From an uncultured Alphaproteobacteria bacterium (GTDB taxonomy: Bacteria > Pseudomonadota > Alphaproteobacteria > RF32 > CAG-239): DNA of 53,496 bases. The notes beneath the pieces are model-generated. The model made no database searches and was not told the DNA's origin. It saw only the letters and a program-made list of their open reading frames with translations. The position numbers were made by a program, and so were the translations under genes. The stretch is from assembly GCA_944392325.1 (NCBI GenBank), contig CALXWI010000003.1:1-53496 (forward strand), given 5' to 3'. Shown here piece by piece: positions 9,754-17,837 of this stretch. How positions within the stretch are numbered: position 1 is the stretch's first letter; each line of letters opens with the position of its first letter.

Positions 9754-11058
9754 ATGGAAGAGACTCTGTTTTCAAGCAAAATAAAACGCCCATTGGCAGA
9801 CAGGCTGCGCCCGCAGACTTTGGCCGAGGTGGTGGGGCAGGATCAGGTTATCGGTGATAATGCTCCGTTGGGGCGTATGGTGAAGTCAGGCAAGGTGACA
9901 TCGTTTATTTTATGGGGGCCTCCGGGGTGTGGTAAGACTACTATTGCCCGCTTGATTGCCGAGCATACCAATTTATATTTTGAGCAGATTTCGGCGGTGT
10001 TCTCCGGCGTGGCTGATTTGAAGCGTGTGTTCCAATATGCGCAGGAGCGGCGGGCGAATCAGGGTAAGGGGACGCTGTTGTTTGTGGATGAAATTCATCG
10101 TTTTAACAAGTCGCAGCAGGACGGGTTTTTGCCCTATGTGGAGGACGGCACCATTATTTTGGTGGGTGCAACAACCGAGAATCCGTCGTTTGAGCTGAAT
10201 GCGGCGTTGTTATCACGCTGTCAGGTGTTTGTGCTCAACCGCTTGAATGAGCCGGAGTTTGAGGTTTTATTGGAGCGAGCTGAAAAAGAAATGGGCAAAA
10301 CGCTCCCGATTGATGATGAGGCTCGTACTTTTATTAAGACTATTGCTGATGGCGATGGGCGCTATATTTTGAACTTGGCAGAGAGTATTTGGAACTATGC
10401 TCAGCCGAATGAAATATTTGACAAAGACAGTATTTTGAAGATTATTCGCTCGCGGGCGCCAATATATGACAAGGGGCGCGACGGGCATTATAACCTGATT
10501 TCGGCGGTGCATAAATCTTTGCGAGGGTCTGATGTGGATGCGGCCTTATATTGGGTGGCGCGGATGATAGAATCCGGTGAAGACCCCAAGTATTTATTGC
10601 GGCGGATGACGCGTTTTGCGGTAGAAGATGTGTCTTTGGCAGACCCCAATGCCGTGGTGCAAGCGATTGCCTGTTGGGATTTATATGACCGTTTGGGTTC
10701 GCCGGAAGGGGATTTGGCAATATTTCAGCTAGCGGCTTATTTGGCGACGGCGCCTAAATCAGTCGGGGTATACAAAGCAATGTATGCGGCCAAAGATGCG
10801 GCGCGGCGCACAGGGTCATTAATGCCGCCGAAAAACATTCTCAATGCGCCGACCAAGCTCATGAAGCAATTAGGTTACAGTGAAGGTTATGAGTATGACC
10901 CCGACTGTGAAGACGGTTTTTCGGGTGCCAATTATTTTCCGGAAGGAATGTCTCGCCTCAAGTTATATCATCCGGTGGACAGGGGCTTTGAGCGGGAAGT
11001 GAAAAAGAGGGTGGAGTATTTTGAGAGGCTCCGTGCCGAGCGCCAAAAACGTGTATAG
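9754..11058 (+). CDS. rarA: Replication-associated recombination protein A (AAA+ ATPase)
   Basis: RPLADRLRP, GPPGCGKTT, DEIHRFNK, GATTENPSF, SAVHKSLRGSD. Confidence 0.95.
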   Translation: MEETLFSSKIKRPLADRLRPQTLAEVVGQDQVIGDNAPLGRMVKSGKVTSFILWGPPGCGKTTIARLIAEHTNLYFEQISAVFSGVADLKRVFQYAQERRANQGKGTLLFVDEIHRFNKSQQDGFLPYVEDGTIILVGATTENPSFELNAALLSRCQVFVLNRLNEPEFEVLLERAEKEMGKTLPIDDEARTFIKTIADGDGRYILNLAESIWNYAQPNEIFDKDSILKIIRSRAPIYDKGRDGHYNLISAVHKSLRGSDVDAALYWVARMIESGEDPKYLLRRMTRFAVEDVSLADPNAVVQAIACWDLYDRLGSPEGDLAIFQLAAYLATAPKSVGVYKAMYAAKDAARRTGSLMPPKNILNAPTKLMKQLGYSEGYEYDPDCEDGFSGANYFPEGMSRLKLYHPVDRGFEREVKKRVEYFERLRAERQKRV

Positions 11059-11374
11059 CACACCATCTAGAGCGATTTTTTCCGGTCAGAAAAATGCTCA
11101 TGTACCTCTTTGTACACTCCGCTTTTTCTGCCGTTAAAATCACTCTATCTGGTGCACTCTCCACGTTTTTACAAAACGCGTATGATGGTCGATTAGTGCG
11201 CTTTTTCTGCCGTTAAAATCACTCTATCTGGTGCACTCTCCACGTTTTTACAAAACGCGTATAACGGTCATCTAATACAGAAACTGCGTGTAAAATGTTC
11301 GGTTACGTACTTTTTTGTACGCGCCCTCACATTTTCACTGGTTTCCTATTATATGACTCGTTCTCCGCGTTTTT
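11045..11374 (+). repeat. Three tandem GTAC-apex palindromic units (11045-11170, deleted/chimeric 11173-11249, 11252-11374)
   Basis: Apices TGTAC-CTCTTT-GTACA and CGTAC-TTTTTT-GTACG; units joined by TTTTTACAAAA; 11120-11183 duplicated at 11199-11262. Confidence 0.88.
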
Positions 11375-11404
11375 ACAAAACGCGGATGGCGGGGCAGAAT
11401 ATTT

Positions 11405-11534
11405 AAGCTGGCGCAGCTTGACCCGGTCGGTTCGCGGTTGAGAGATTGGGGCAAAGAAGGCGCGACCTGAGGTAGCTCGATCCCATCAGTTAGTTGTTGA
11501 GGGATTGGGGATAAGGAGGCGCGATGCTTAGATT
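11405..11534 (+). repeat. Second repeat family: two degenerate ~62-bp tandem units, with another copy at 53204-53276
   Basis: Shared GCAGCTTGACCC..TCGGT....GGT.G.GAGATTGGG.CA.AGAAG.CGCG pattern. Confidence 0.7.
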
Positions 11535-11557
11535 GTACCGGCGGATGGTTCAGGGGT

Positions 11558-11661
11558 TCCGCCCCTGAAGATTTAGGGGCGGACAGGTGGGGTGTGATTT
11601 GTTTAATATGTTTGTGAATCTCTCACCCACCCCAGCCCTCCCTATACAACAGGGAGGGAGT
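11558..11661. repeat. Inverted pair of CCCTCCC-loop-GGGAGGG REP-like hairpins
   Basis: TCCGCCCCT-N8-AGGGGCGGA-CAGGTGGGGTG facing CACCCACCCCAG-CCCTCCCT-N7-AGGGAGGG. Confidence 0.55.
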
Positions 11662-11663
11662 GG

Positions 11664-11693
11664 AAAAGGCTCAGGAGAAATCCTGAGCCTTTT
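11664..11693. terminator. Bidirectional intrinsic terminator
   Basis: AAAAGGCTCAGGA-GAAA-TCCTGAGCCTTTT perfect hairpin. Confidence 0.8.
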
Positions 11694-11739
11694 GGTCAGG
11701 TTGAAAATTCTCATTTCGTGATTATTGCCTATTTGTATA

Positions 11740-11768
11740 TTGATTTTTAAGGTTTGTTATGTTAGAAT
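11740..11768 (+). promoter_or_regulatory. Sigma70-type promoter for leader RNA and Cys-rich gene
   Basis: TTGATT-N17-TAGAAT with extended -10 TG, 8 nt before the first leader hairpin. Confidence 0.6.
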
Positions 11769-11776
11769 GTTTTTAA

Positions 11777-12015
11777 CTGATGAGAGGTTCATCAGCCAGG
11801 GTTTGAACGCCCTTTTGATACGAGTCGTTTTAGCATAACGACTTAAAATAATATGCTGGTATTCGCACATTAACTTGACTGCGGGTGCCAGCGAATAAGG
11901 CTCCGCCAAATAAGCTGGGGCTGTTCGTATCAACAGTCGTTCAACGCCCGTTTTCCTCTTCTTTGGGAAGAGGAAAACGTTCTTTTTTAACAACAAAAAA
12001 GAAAAGGTGTGTGCT
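11777..12015 (+). ncRNA. Structured 5' leader RNA, divergent copy of the motif at 17565-17752 and 38955-39190
   Basis: P1 CTGATGA/TCATCAG; P2 with loop TTGAAC; P3 TTGATACGA/TCGTATCAA; CAGT then CGTTCAA (complement of P2 loop); terminator 11949-11988. Confidence 0.7.
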
Positions 12016-12618
12016 ATGACTAAATTTCAATTTTTATTTATCGGGACAAGTTTGTCCTTTATTCCTTTAACCGTAAATGCTCAATGTGTGGCAACGCAGG
12101 ATTGTGCGACTTTGGGTTATACTGAAACCTCTTGCAACGGCGGCAAAGGCGTCAAATGCCCCTTTGGCAACAAATGGGCGTGTTTTAATACAGATACCTG
12201 TGAAGCTAATGGATTTAAATTTTCTTGTGTGGGGAGCGGTTTTGTTTCCGGTATTGGAGACAGTTGTGGTAATAAATATAAAAAATGTACTTGTTCAACT
12301 GATTATTTATGGGATGATACGAAAGGGTGTATTACGGATCCGTGTGCGGGCTATATTACTTGTGAATATGGGTGTCGGGGAGATGATGTCTGTGGTAATA
12401 AATGTAAAGTTTGTTTGAGTAAAATATGTGATAAAGTTTATACAGGATGTACTTGTATTCAGTATGGTTCTAATGGTACGGGGTATAAAGCCGTTTGTTA
12501 TTATCAACAAGGGGGAAGACAATATTCTACAACAATAATAACGACTACATATTTAGGTGAATGTCAAAGATATGCTTCTTCGGCGGAACGACAGGAGACA
12601 AATTGTCGATATGAATGA
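12016..12618 (+). CDS. Cys-rich secreted protein, paralog of 39191-39946 (shared N-terminal modules)
   Basis: Signal peptide ending VNA-QC; CATLGYTETSCNGGKGVKCPFGNKW shared with paralog; many Cys; AAGGTG SD before ATG 12016. Confidence 0.8.
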   Translation: MTKFQFLFIGTSLSFIPLTVNAQCVATQDCATLGYTETSCNGGKGVKCPFGNKWACFNTDTCEANGFKFSCVGSGFVSGIGDSCGNKYKKCTCSTDYLWDDTKGCITDPCAGYITCEYGCRGDDVCGNKCKVCLSKICDKVYTGCTCIQYGSNGTGYKAVCYYQQGGRQYSTTIITTTYLGECQRYASSAERQETNCRYE

Positions 12619-12650
12619 TTTTTGTTTTTGATTCTTTATGAATAATAGTA

Positions 12651-12686
12651 AAAAATGGGACTGCAAGAGAGGCAGTTCCATTTTTT
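12651..12686 (+). terminator. Intrinsic terminator after Cys-rich gene
   Basis: AAAAATGGGACTGC...GCAGTTCCATTTTTT hairpin. Confidence 0.65.
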
Positions 12687-12793
12687 ACCGGGGATGATAA
12701 TTGGTTCAGGGAAAGAAAATAAGGGCTTGCGAATCAGAGCGCGATTGAGTACAATAAACCCTAATGTTTTGATTATAGAAAAGAGAGGCGGCC

Positions 12794-13729
12794 GTGAGCG
12801 GAGTGGAGTTGGTTGAAGTTAAGTCCCAAGATGACGGAATGCGTTTGAACCGCTGGTTTTTGAAGTATTATCCGGGGTTGAGCCTCGGCCGGTTGAATAA
12901 GTTATTGCGGACCAAACAGATTAAAGTCGACGGGCAGCGCGCCGAAGCCGCTTTGAAACTGGCTGCCGGTCAAGAGGTGCGGGTGCCGCCTTTGGATAAA
13001 GAAAAAGAATCCGCCGCACCTAAAAAAGATTTTGTTTCCGCCAAAGATGCCGCATGGCTCCAGTCATTGGTGATTTTTAAAGATAAAAATATTGTGGCAC
13101 TGAACAAACCATCAGGCTTGGCCGTACAGGGCGGTACCAATACCACACGTCATGTGGATGGAATGTTGGAGGCCTTAAAGTTTGAGGAGGCAGAAAAGCC
13201 TAAGTTGGTGCATAGAATCGATAAAGATACCAGCGGTTTGTTGATTTTGGCTCGGAACCGCAAATATGCCGAGCTGTTGACCAAGGCTTTTCGTGAGCAC
13301 CAGTTGCCCAAAACTTATTTGGCTTTGTGCTATGGCGTGCCGGCTCAAAATGAGGGTGAAATTAAAGCCAAACTTTTGAAAGTCGGTGAAAAAGTGCAGG
13401 TCTCGCCAGAGGGCAAAGAGGCCGTGACTTTATACCGCGTGGTTGATAAAGTCGGAGATAAATTTTGCTTGATTGAGGCCTCGCCTTTGTCCGGCAGAAC
13501 CCACCAAATCAGAGTGCATTTGGAGCATATCGGTTGTCCGATTGTGGGGGATGATAAATATTTTGGCGCTCAACGCTTGAAGTCAAATGCTTTTGCCGAT
13601 AAATTGTATCTGCATGCATATAAAATTAACTTGTCTGCTTTATATAATAAAAAAACCGAACTTAAGGCGGCTTTGCCGGACTATTTTAGGGAAAGTCTGG
13701 CCGCAGTCGGAATCGATTTTAAGGAGTAA
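12794..13729 (+). CDS. rluC: RluA/RluC family 23S rRNA pseudouridine synthase with S4 domain
   Basis: S4 domain, NKPSGLAVQGG, HRIDKDTSG, GRTHQIRVH, PIVGD, LYLHA. Confidence 0.88.
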   Translation: MSGVELVEVKSQDDGMRLNRWFLKYYPGLSLGRLNKLLRTKQIKVDGQRAEAALKLAAGQEVRVPPLDKEKESAAPKKDFVSAKDAAWLQSLVIFKDKNIVALNKPSGLAVQGGTNTTRHVDGMLEALKFEEAEKPKLVHRIDKDTSGLLILARNRKYAELLTKAFREHQLPKTYLALCYGVPAQNEGEIKAKLLKVGEKVQVSPEGKEAVTLYRVVDKVGDKFCLIEASPLSGRTHQIRVHLEHIGCPIVGDDKYFGAQRLKSNAFADKLYLHAYKINLSALYNKKTELKAALPDYFRESLAAVGIDFKE

Positions 13730-13735
13730 GTCACG

Positions 13736-16009
13736 ATGCATTTTGTTAAACTGGTAATGAAAATAATTATCGTTGTGCTGCTGATTGTGGTTGTCGGCGG
13801 GTTTATTTTTATCAGAAATTTTGATTTGAACAAATATAAGCCTTATATTTCGGAGCTGGTGTATGAGCAGACCGGCCGAACTTTGGAGATTAATGGTGAG
13901 GCAAAGTTGGCGCTGAGCTTTATTCCGACTTTGGTGCTGAATGATGTGTCGTTGTCTAATGCTGAGTGGGGCGCTTATCCGCAGATGGTCAGTGTTGGCA
14001 GTTTGGAGGTTAAACTTTCGGTCTTGCCGTTGCTCAAACGCAAGGTAGAAATTGATAATATTACCATTATTAATCCGGTGATTAATTTGGAGATTGCCGA
14101 AAACGGTGAGCAAAACTGGAATATGATGCCCAAGGCTAAAGTTGACCCCAAAACCGCGGCGCTGTTGAAAGATCAGGCGGTGGCTACCGGTTTGGTTGAT
14201 GCCAAAACCGCCGATAAAGCCGTTGATGCTTTGAGTGAAAATCCGCAGATGTTGGCGCTGGCCGGTTTTGCTGCCAAAAATGTGCTGATTGAAAATGGCG
14301 TGTTTAACTTTGATGACCGCCAGAGCGGCAGTGCTTTGAATGTGGAAATCAGTAAATTTGCTATGTCTGTTCCGAGTTTTGATGCCAATGTCAGCGCTGA
14401 GTTTGATGTGTTGGTTAATGGGCAGCGCATTAAAGGCAACACGGTGCTGGGTTCGGTTAATACCTTTTTGAATGGCAAGGTGCCTTTCCCCGTTGAGCTG
14501 AATGCGGAGGCTTATGGTGCGAAGTTGACGGCTGACGGCGTGGTTGCCAATATAATGGAGAATCCGGAGTATGCCTTTAAGGCGACAGCGTATAATCCGC
14601 AGGGCAATATGGGCGCACCGGAGATTGAGTTTGCCGGTAATGTCAGCGGTATTCCAACCAGAATCGGGGTGGATATTACCAGCTTGAATGTAAACGGAAA
14701 CCTGATGAACGGTACTTTGTTGGTGCAGCTGGCTAACCAGATTCCGTATATTGATGCCAGATTGAACAGTGATAAAATTGATGTTGAAAGCTTGATGCCG
14801 CAGACCAAAACCGCATGGCAAATGCCGTCTTTGGTGAGTGAGGCGCAGGCTGCGGCTTTTGTGCCGAATGATAAAATCCCCTATGAGGTGTTGAAACAGG
14901 TTAATGCTTATGCCGAGCTGAATGTTAAGTCTTTGGTGGTCAACCCGCAAGTCACGCTTGAAAATGTGGTGTTGAATGCCGTTTTGATGGACGGGGTGTT
15001 GGACTTGAAACCTTCAAGCTTTAATATCGGCGGCGGTAAGGTTGATGTGTCAGCCAATGTTAATGCCGCAACGCAGAATATTCAGCTTAATGCGGTTAGC
15101 CAAGGAGTGATTGTGCAGCAGTTGTATGCTCCGTTGCAGGCTTCAAACAACGGTAAGTTCGGCATTGTCAGCGGGGGTAATGTTGATGTTGATGTGAAGT
15201 TGACAACCAAAGGGGCAACTTATCGCCAAGTGGTTGAAAACGCCAATGGTCAACTGATTGTGATTGCTGATAAGTCGGTCGTACGCCCCGGAGATTTGGG
15301 CTTGTTGAGTGGCAACTTTATTACCCAATTATTGAAAACCTTGCGAATCGATACTTCTAAAAAGGTGGATATGGATATGAATTGTGCCGTTGTCAGAGCT
15401 GATATCAAAAACGGAGTGGCAGACTTTCCTAAGGGAATCGCCTTTAGCTCTAAGCCGCTGAATGTGGTTAGCAATGGTAAGCTCAATCTGAAGAATGATG
15501 CTTTGGACTTTACGGTACGTCCGTATTCGGGGCAGATTGTTGATGCCAATTTGGCGCAGGCTTTGTCATCATTCATCAAAATCAAAGGAACGGTGGAATC
15601 GCCCAAAATCGTGCTTGATGACCAGCAGGCTATTAAGGCTTTGGTCGGGGTGGCGGCTACCGGCGGAACATCTTACCTTGGTTCGCAGTTGTTGCTTGAT
15701 GCCGACCCGTCGCCTTGCTATACGGCGTTGAAGGGAACGAGCTATCAATCTCGTTTTCCGGCTCCGAAAGGAATGGCTAAAGTGTCGCAAGATATCTATC
15801 AGGGGGCTAATGATGCCGTTAATGATAGTATAAACGCGGCGCAGACTGCGGTCAAAGATGGGACCAAAGCGGCTCGAACTGTGGTTGATGACGCCGCTAA
15901 CGGCAGCGTTGATGCGGCTAAGGCGGCTGCCAAAGATGTTGAAAAATCAGTGCGGGATTTGCGTGATGCCGCCAAAGGTTTTTTGAACTCGTTGAAGAAG
16001 GCTGAGTAA
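13736..16009 (+). CDS. AsmA family protein
   Basis: N-terminal TM anchor, DLNKYKPYI...TGR, LEIAENGEQNW; C-terminal AsmA-like NCAVVR...G segment. Confidence 0.85.
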   Translation: MHFVKLVMKIIIVVLLIVVVGGFIFIRNFDLNKYKPYISELVYEQTGRTLEINGEAKLALSFIPTLVLNDVSLSNAEWGAYPQMVSVGSLEVKLSVLPLLKRKVEIDNITIINPVINLEIAENGEQNWNMMPKAKVDPKTAALLKDQAVATGLVDAKTADKAVDALSENPQMLALAGFAAKNVLIENGVFNFDDRQSGSALNVEISKFAMSVPSFDANVSAEFDVLVNGQRIKGNTVLGSVNTFLNGKVPFPVELNAEAYGAKLTADGVVANIMENPEYAFKATAYNPQGNMGAPEIEFAGNVSGIPTRIGVDITSLNVNGNLMNGTLLVQLANQIPYIDARLNSDKIDVESLMPQTKTAWQMPSLVSEAQAAAFVPNDKIPYEVLKQVNAYAELNVKSLVVNPQVTLENVVLNAVLMDGVLDLKPSSFNIGGGKVDVSANVNAATQNIQLNAVSQGVIVQQLYAPLQASNNGKFGIVSGGNVDVDVKLTTKGATYRQVVENANGQLIVIADKSVVRPGDLGLLSGNFITQLLKTLRIDTSKKVDMDMNCAVVRADIKNGVADFPKGIAFSSKPLNVVSNGKLNLKNDALDFTVRPYSGQIVDANLAQALSSFIKIKGTVESPKIVLDDQQAIKALVGVAATGGTSYLGSQLLLDADPSPCYTALKGTSYQSRFPAPKGMAKVSQDIYQGANDAVNDSINAAQTAVKDGTKAARTVVDDAANGSVDAAKAAAKDVEKSVRDLRDAAKGFLNSLKKAE

Positions 16010-16522
16010 ATGACTTCAATGTTGCAAAAGTTGGAGCAGGGGCAGGCTGAGCTTGCCCCTCGCCGTGCTGAAGCCGAGGCGGATTTGTTGCGCTTTGCGG
16101 TTACGGATGTTTTGTTGTTTTGGAGCAACCAAGAATCACTCCATAAACTGCAGGCGGAATTGTGGCAGCCGGTTTTGGACTGGGTAGCCGACAAGTGCGG
16201 TGTGCCTCCTAAAGTAACAACAGGATTAGACGTGCCGGAGCAAGACCCGCGTTTGGTGCAGGCCTTGCAGCAGAGTTTGGCGCAGATGAGCCTGAAAAAG
16301 CTATCGGCAATGTTAGCCGCAGCTTTAGAAATGCGTTCAGTGTTGTTGGCGTGGGCGTTGGTGGAGCGTCGTATTAGTGCTGAGGAGGCTTATCAGGCCG
16401 CTTGGCTGGAGGAAATTTGGCAGGCAGAAAGATGGGGGGCTGACGAGGCGGCTGAAGCCAAGCGTCAGGATTATCACCGCAATTTGACCGAAGTTGAAAC
16501 TTTTTTGAATATGGCGGCTTGA
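16010..16522 (+). CDS. ATP12 chaperone family protein (C-terminal part only)
   Basis: LRFAVTDVLLF, QAELWQPVLDW, LEEIWQAERWGADEAA motifs; adjacent to rluC/AsmA as usual in alphaproteobacteria. Confidence 0.8.
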   Translation: MTSMLQKLEQGQAELAPRRAEAEADLLRFAVTDVLLFWSNQESLHKLQAELWQPVLDWVADKCGVPPKVTTGLDVPEQDPRLVQALQQSLAQMSLKKLSAMLAAALEMRSVLLAWALVERRISAEEAYQAAWLEEIWQAERWGADEAAEAKRQDYHRNLTEVETFLNMAA

Positions 16523-16813
16523 GTGGAAAAAGAGGTTTATATTAAAATCAAAGGCCGTGTGCAAGGCATCGGTTTTCGCTGGTGGGCGGTCAAAACCGCT
16601 GAGGAAATCGGCGGAATTTCAGGTTGGGTTCGCAATGTGGAAGACGGCTCGGTTGAGATAATGATGTCCGGAGAGGAAGACAAGCTTGACCAAATGTTGT
16701 TAGCCTGTCACAAAGGGCCGCCTTTATCCCGAGTTGATGATGTATCTTTTATAGTGGGGCGTTGGAGCTCTTTTTTGCCGGAAGTTGTAAAAGGGGTTTT
16801 TAAACGCGCCTAG
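16523..16813 (+). CDS. acyP: Acylphosphatase
   Basis: GRVQGIGFR and GWVRNVEDGSVE signature. Confidence 0.92.
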   Translation: MEKEVYIKIKGRVQGIGFRWWAVKTAEEIGGISGWVRNVEDGSVEIMMSGEEDKLDQMLLACHKGPPLSRVDDVSFIVGRWSSFLPEVVKGVFKRA

Positions 16814-17215
16814 AAAACGGTGTATAATGGTCGATTTGGGCGTTGGCTGCAGGATGAAAGTGTCCTCACCTACTTCTTTGTAGGCTCCGGTACTTTCACC
16901 TTTGCCGCCTACAAATCGACTCATTCTCCACCGTTTTTACAAAATTGTGTATAATGGTTATCTAATACGGAAACTGCATGTAAAATGTTCGGTTACGTAC
17001 CTTTTTTGTACGCTCCCTCACATTTTCATTGGTTTCCTATTATATGACTCATTCTCCACCGTTTTTACAAAATTATGTATAATGGTCGATTTGGGCGTTG
17101 GCTGCAGGATGAAAGTGTCCTCACCTACTTCTTTGTAGGCTCCGGTACTTTCACCTTTGCCGCCTACAAATCGACTCATTCTCCACCGTTTTTGCAAAAT
17201 TGTGTATAATGGTCG
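16814..17215 (+). repeat. Tandem array of GTAC/GTAG-apex palindromes (16814-16938, 16941-17066, 17069-17193, stub to 17215)
   Basis: ~127-bp period; units 1 and 3 identical internally; apices CCTAC-N6-GTAGG and CGTAC-N7-GTACG. Confidence 0.9.
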
Positions 17216-17318
17216 CCTTAAAACTTTTTTCTTATTATTAACCTCATATATCGAAATTTTTAATTATGCGCATTGGTTGATTATGTGCATTGGGTAATTG
17301 TGGTTTGGTGGGGTGTGG

Positions 17319-17564
17319 TTAGCGTTTTATATGTTGGGTGATTTTGATGTCAATATCGCAATCAAGTGAATGGAGGTAGCTATAAAGTGTATCAAGTGAT
17401 ATGTTCTTGATGGCATTGCTATATTCCATTTTGAAGATTTTGTGCGGAGATAGGCAAGGGTTTTCTTGGGAGATTTGCTCATAACAACGGCCGCAAGCTA
17501 CTCGGCAATCTATAAGTTTGCGGCGGAGGTTTTTATAAAATTTTTGGCTGGTTGCATTTTTCAT
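17319..17564 (-). CDS. Small XRE/Cro-like helix-turn-helix protein
   Basis: LRRKLIDCR...YEQISQE..LSPHKIFKME...NISLDTLYSYLHSLDCDIDIKI pattern; AGGAG SD. Confidence 0.65.
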   Translation of the reverse strand: MKNATSQKFYKNLRRKLIDCRVACGRCYEQISQENPCLSPHKIFKMEYSNAIKNISLDTLYSYLHSLDCDIDIKITQHIKR

Positions 17565-17752
17565 TATTATTAGCTCCTGATGTTTTTTTAGCTATAAAAA
17601 AACCGTCCAAGCAGGTTAAACAAGGACGGGGAGCTCAAAAACTGCTAAACGACAGTCGCCGTTATTCAACATATTACCGGCACTCCCCGAAAGGGGAGAA
17701 AATTTCGTTTAGAGGTGTTTTTGAGGCACCGCGGCCGGTCCTTCCGACTGCA
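17565..17752 (-). ncRNA. Structured 5' leader RNA upstream of HTH gene
   Basis: Reverse complement aligns with 38955-39190 (GCAGTCGG..CCGGCCGCGGTGCCTCAAAAACACC ... GGAGTGCCGGTAA ... GAATAACGGCGACTG ... CAGTTTTTGAGCTCC) with compensatory changes; terminator CCGTCC/GGACGG + U-run. Confidence 0.8.
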
Positions 17753-17810
17753 GGTATAAGTTAACATAATATCTATGATTGATGCAAGAGTTTTTTGTTT
17801 TTAAAATGCC

Positions 17811-17837
17811 AAAACCGAGGTGATGGCCTCGGTTTTT
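17811..17837. terminator. Bidirectional intrinsic terminator
   Basis: AAAACCGAGG-TGATGG-CCTCGGTTTT. Confidence 0.7.

Noticed and set aside
11045-12618. Integron cassette array with attC sites
   Set aside because: Hairpins lack GTTRRRY/RYYYAAC boxes, mostly follow core housekeeping genes, and no integrase is present.
13640-14950. Long antisense ORFs (436 aa here; also 3819-4568, 19242-20213)
   Set aside because: Shadow frames opposite well-supported genes, with no recognisable motifs.
16936-16944. TTAC at unit junctions as an IS608-type target site
   Set aside because: First units of clusters are preceded by other sequences and one junction is TTGC; not sufficient evidence.
16814-17215. CRISPR array (constant ~41-bp junction repeated three times)
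   Set aside because: Intervening segments are ~86 bp, self-complementary, two are identical and they recur elsewhere; no cas genes. It is a tandem palindrome array.
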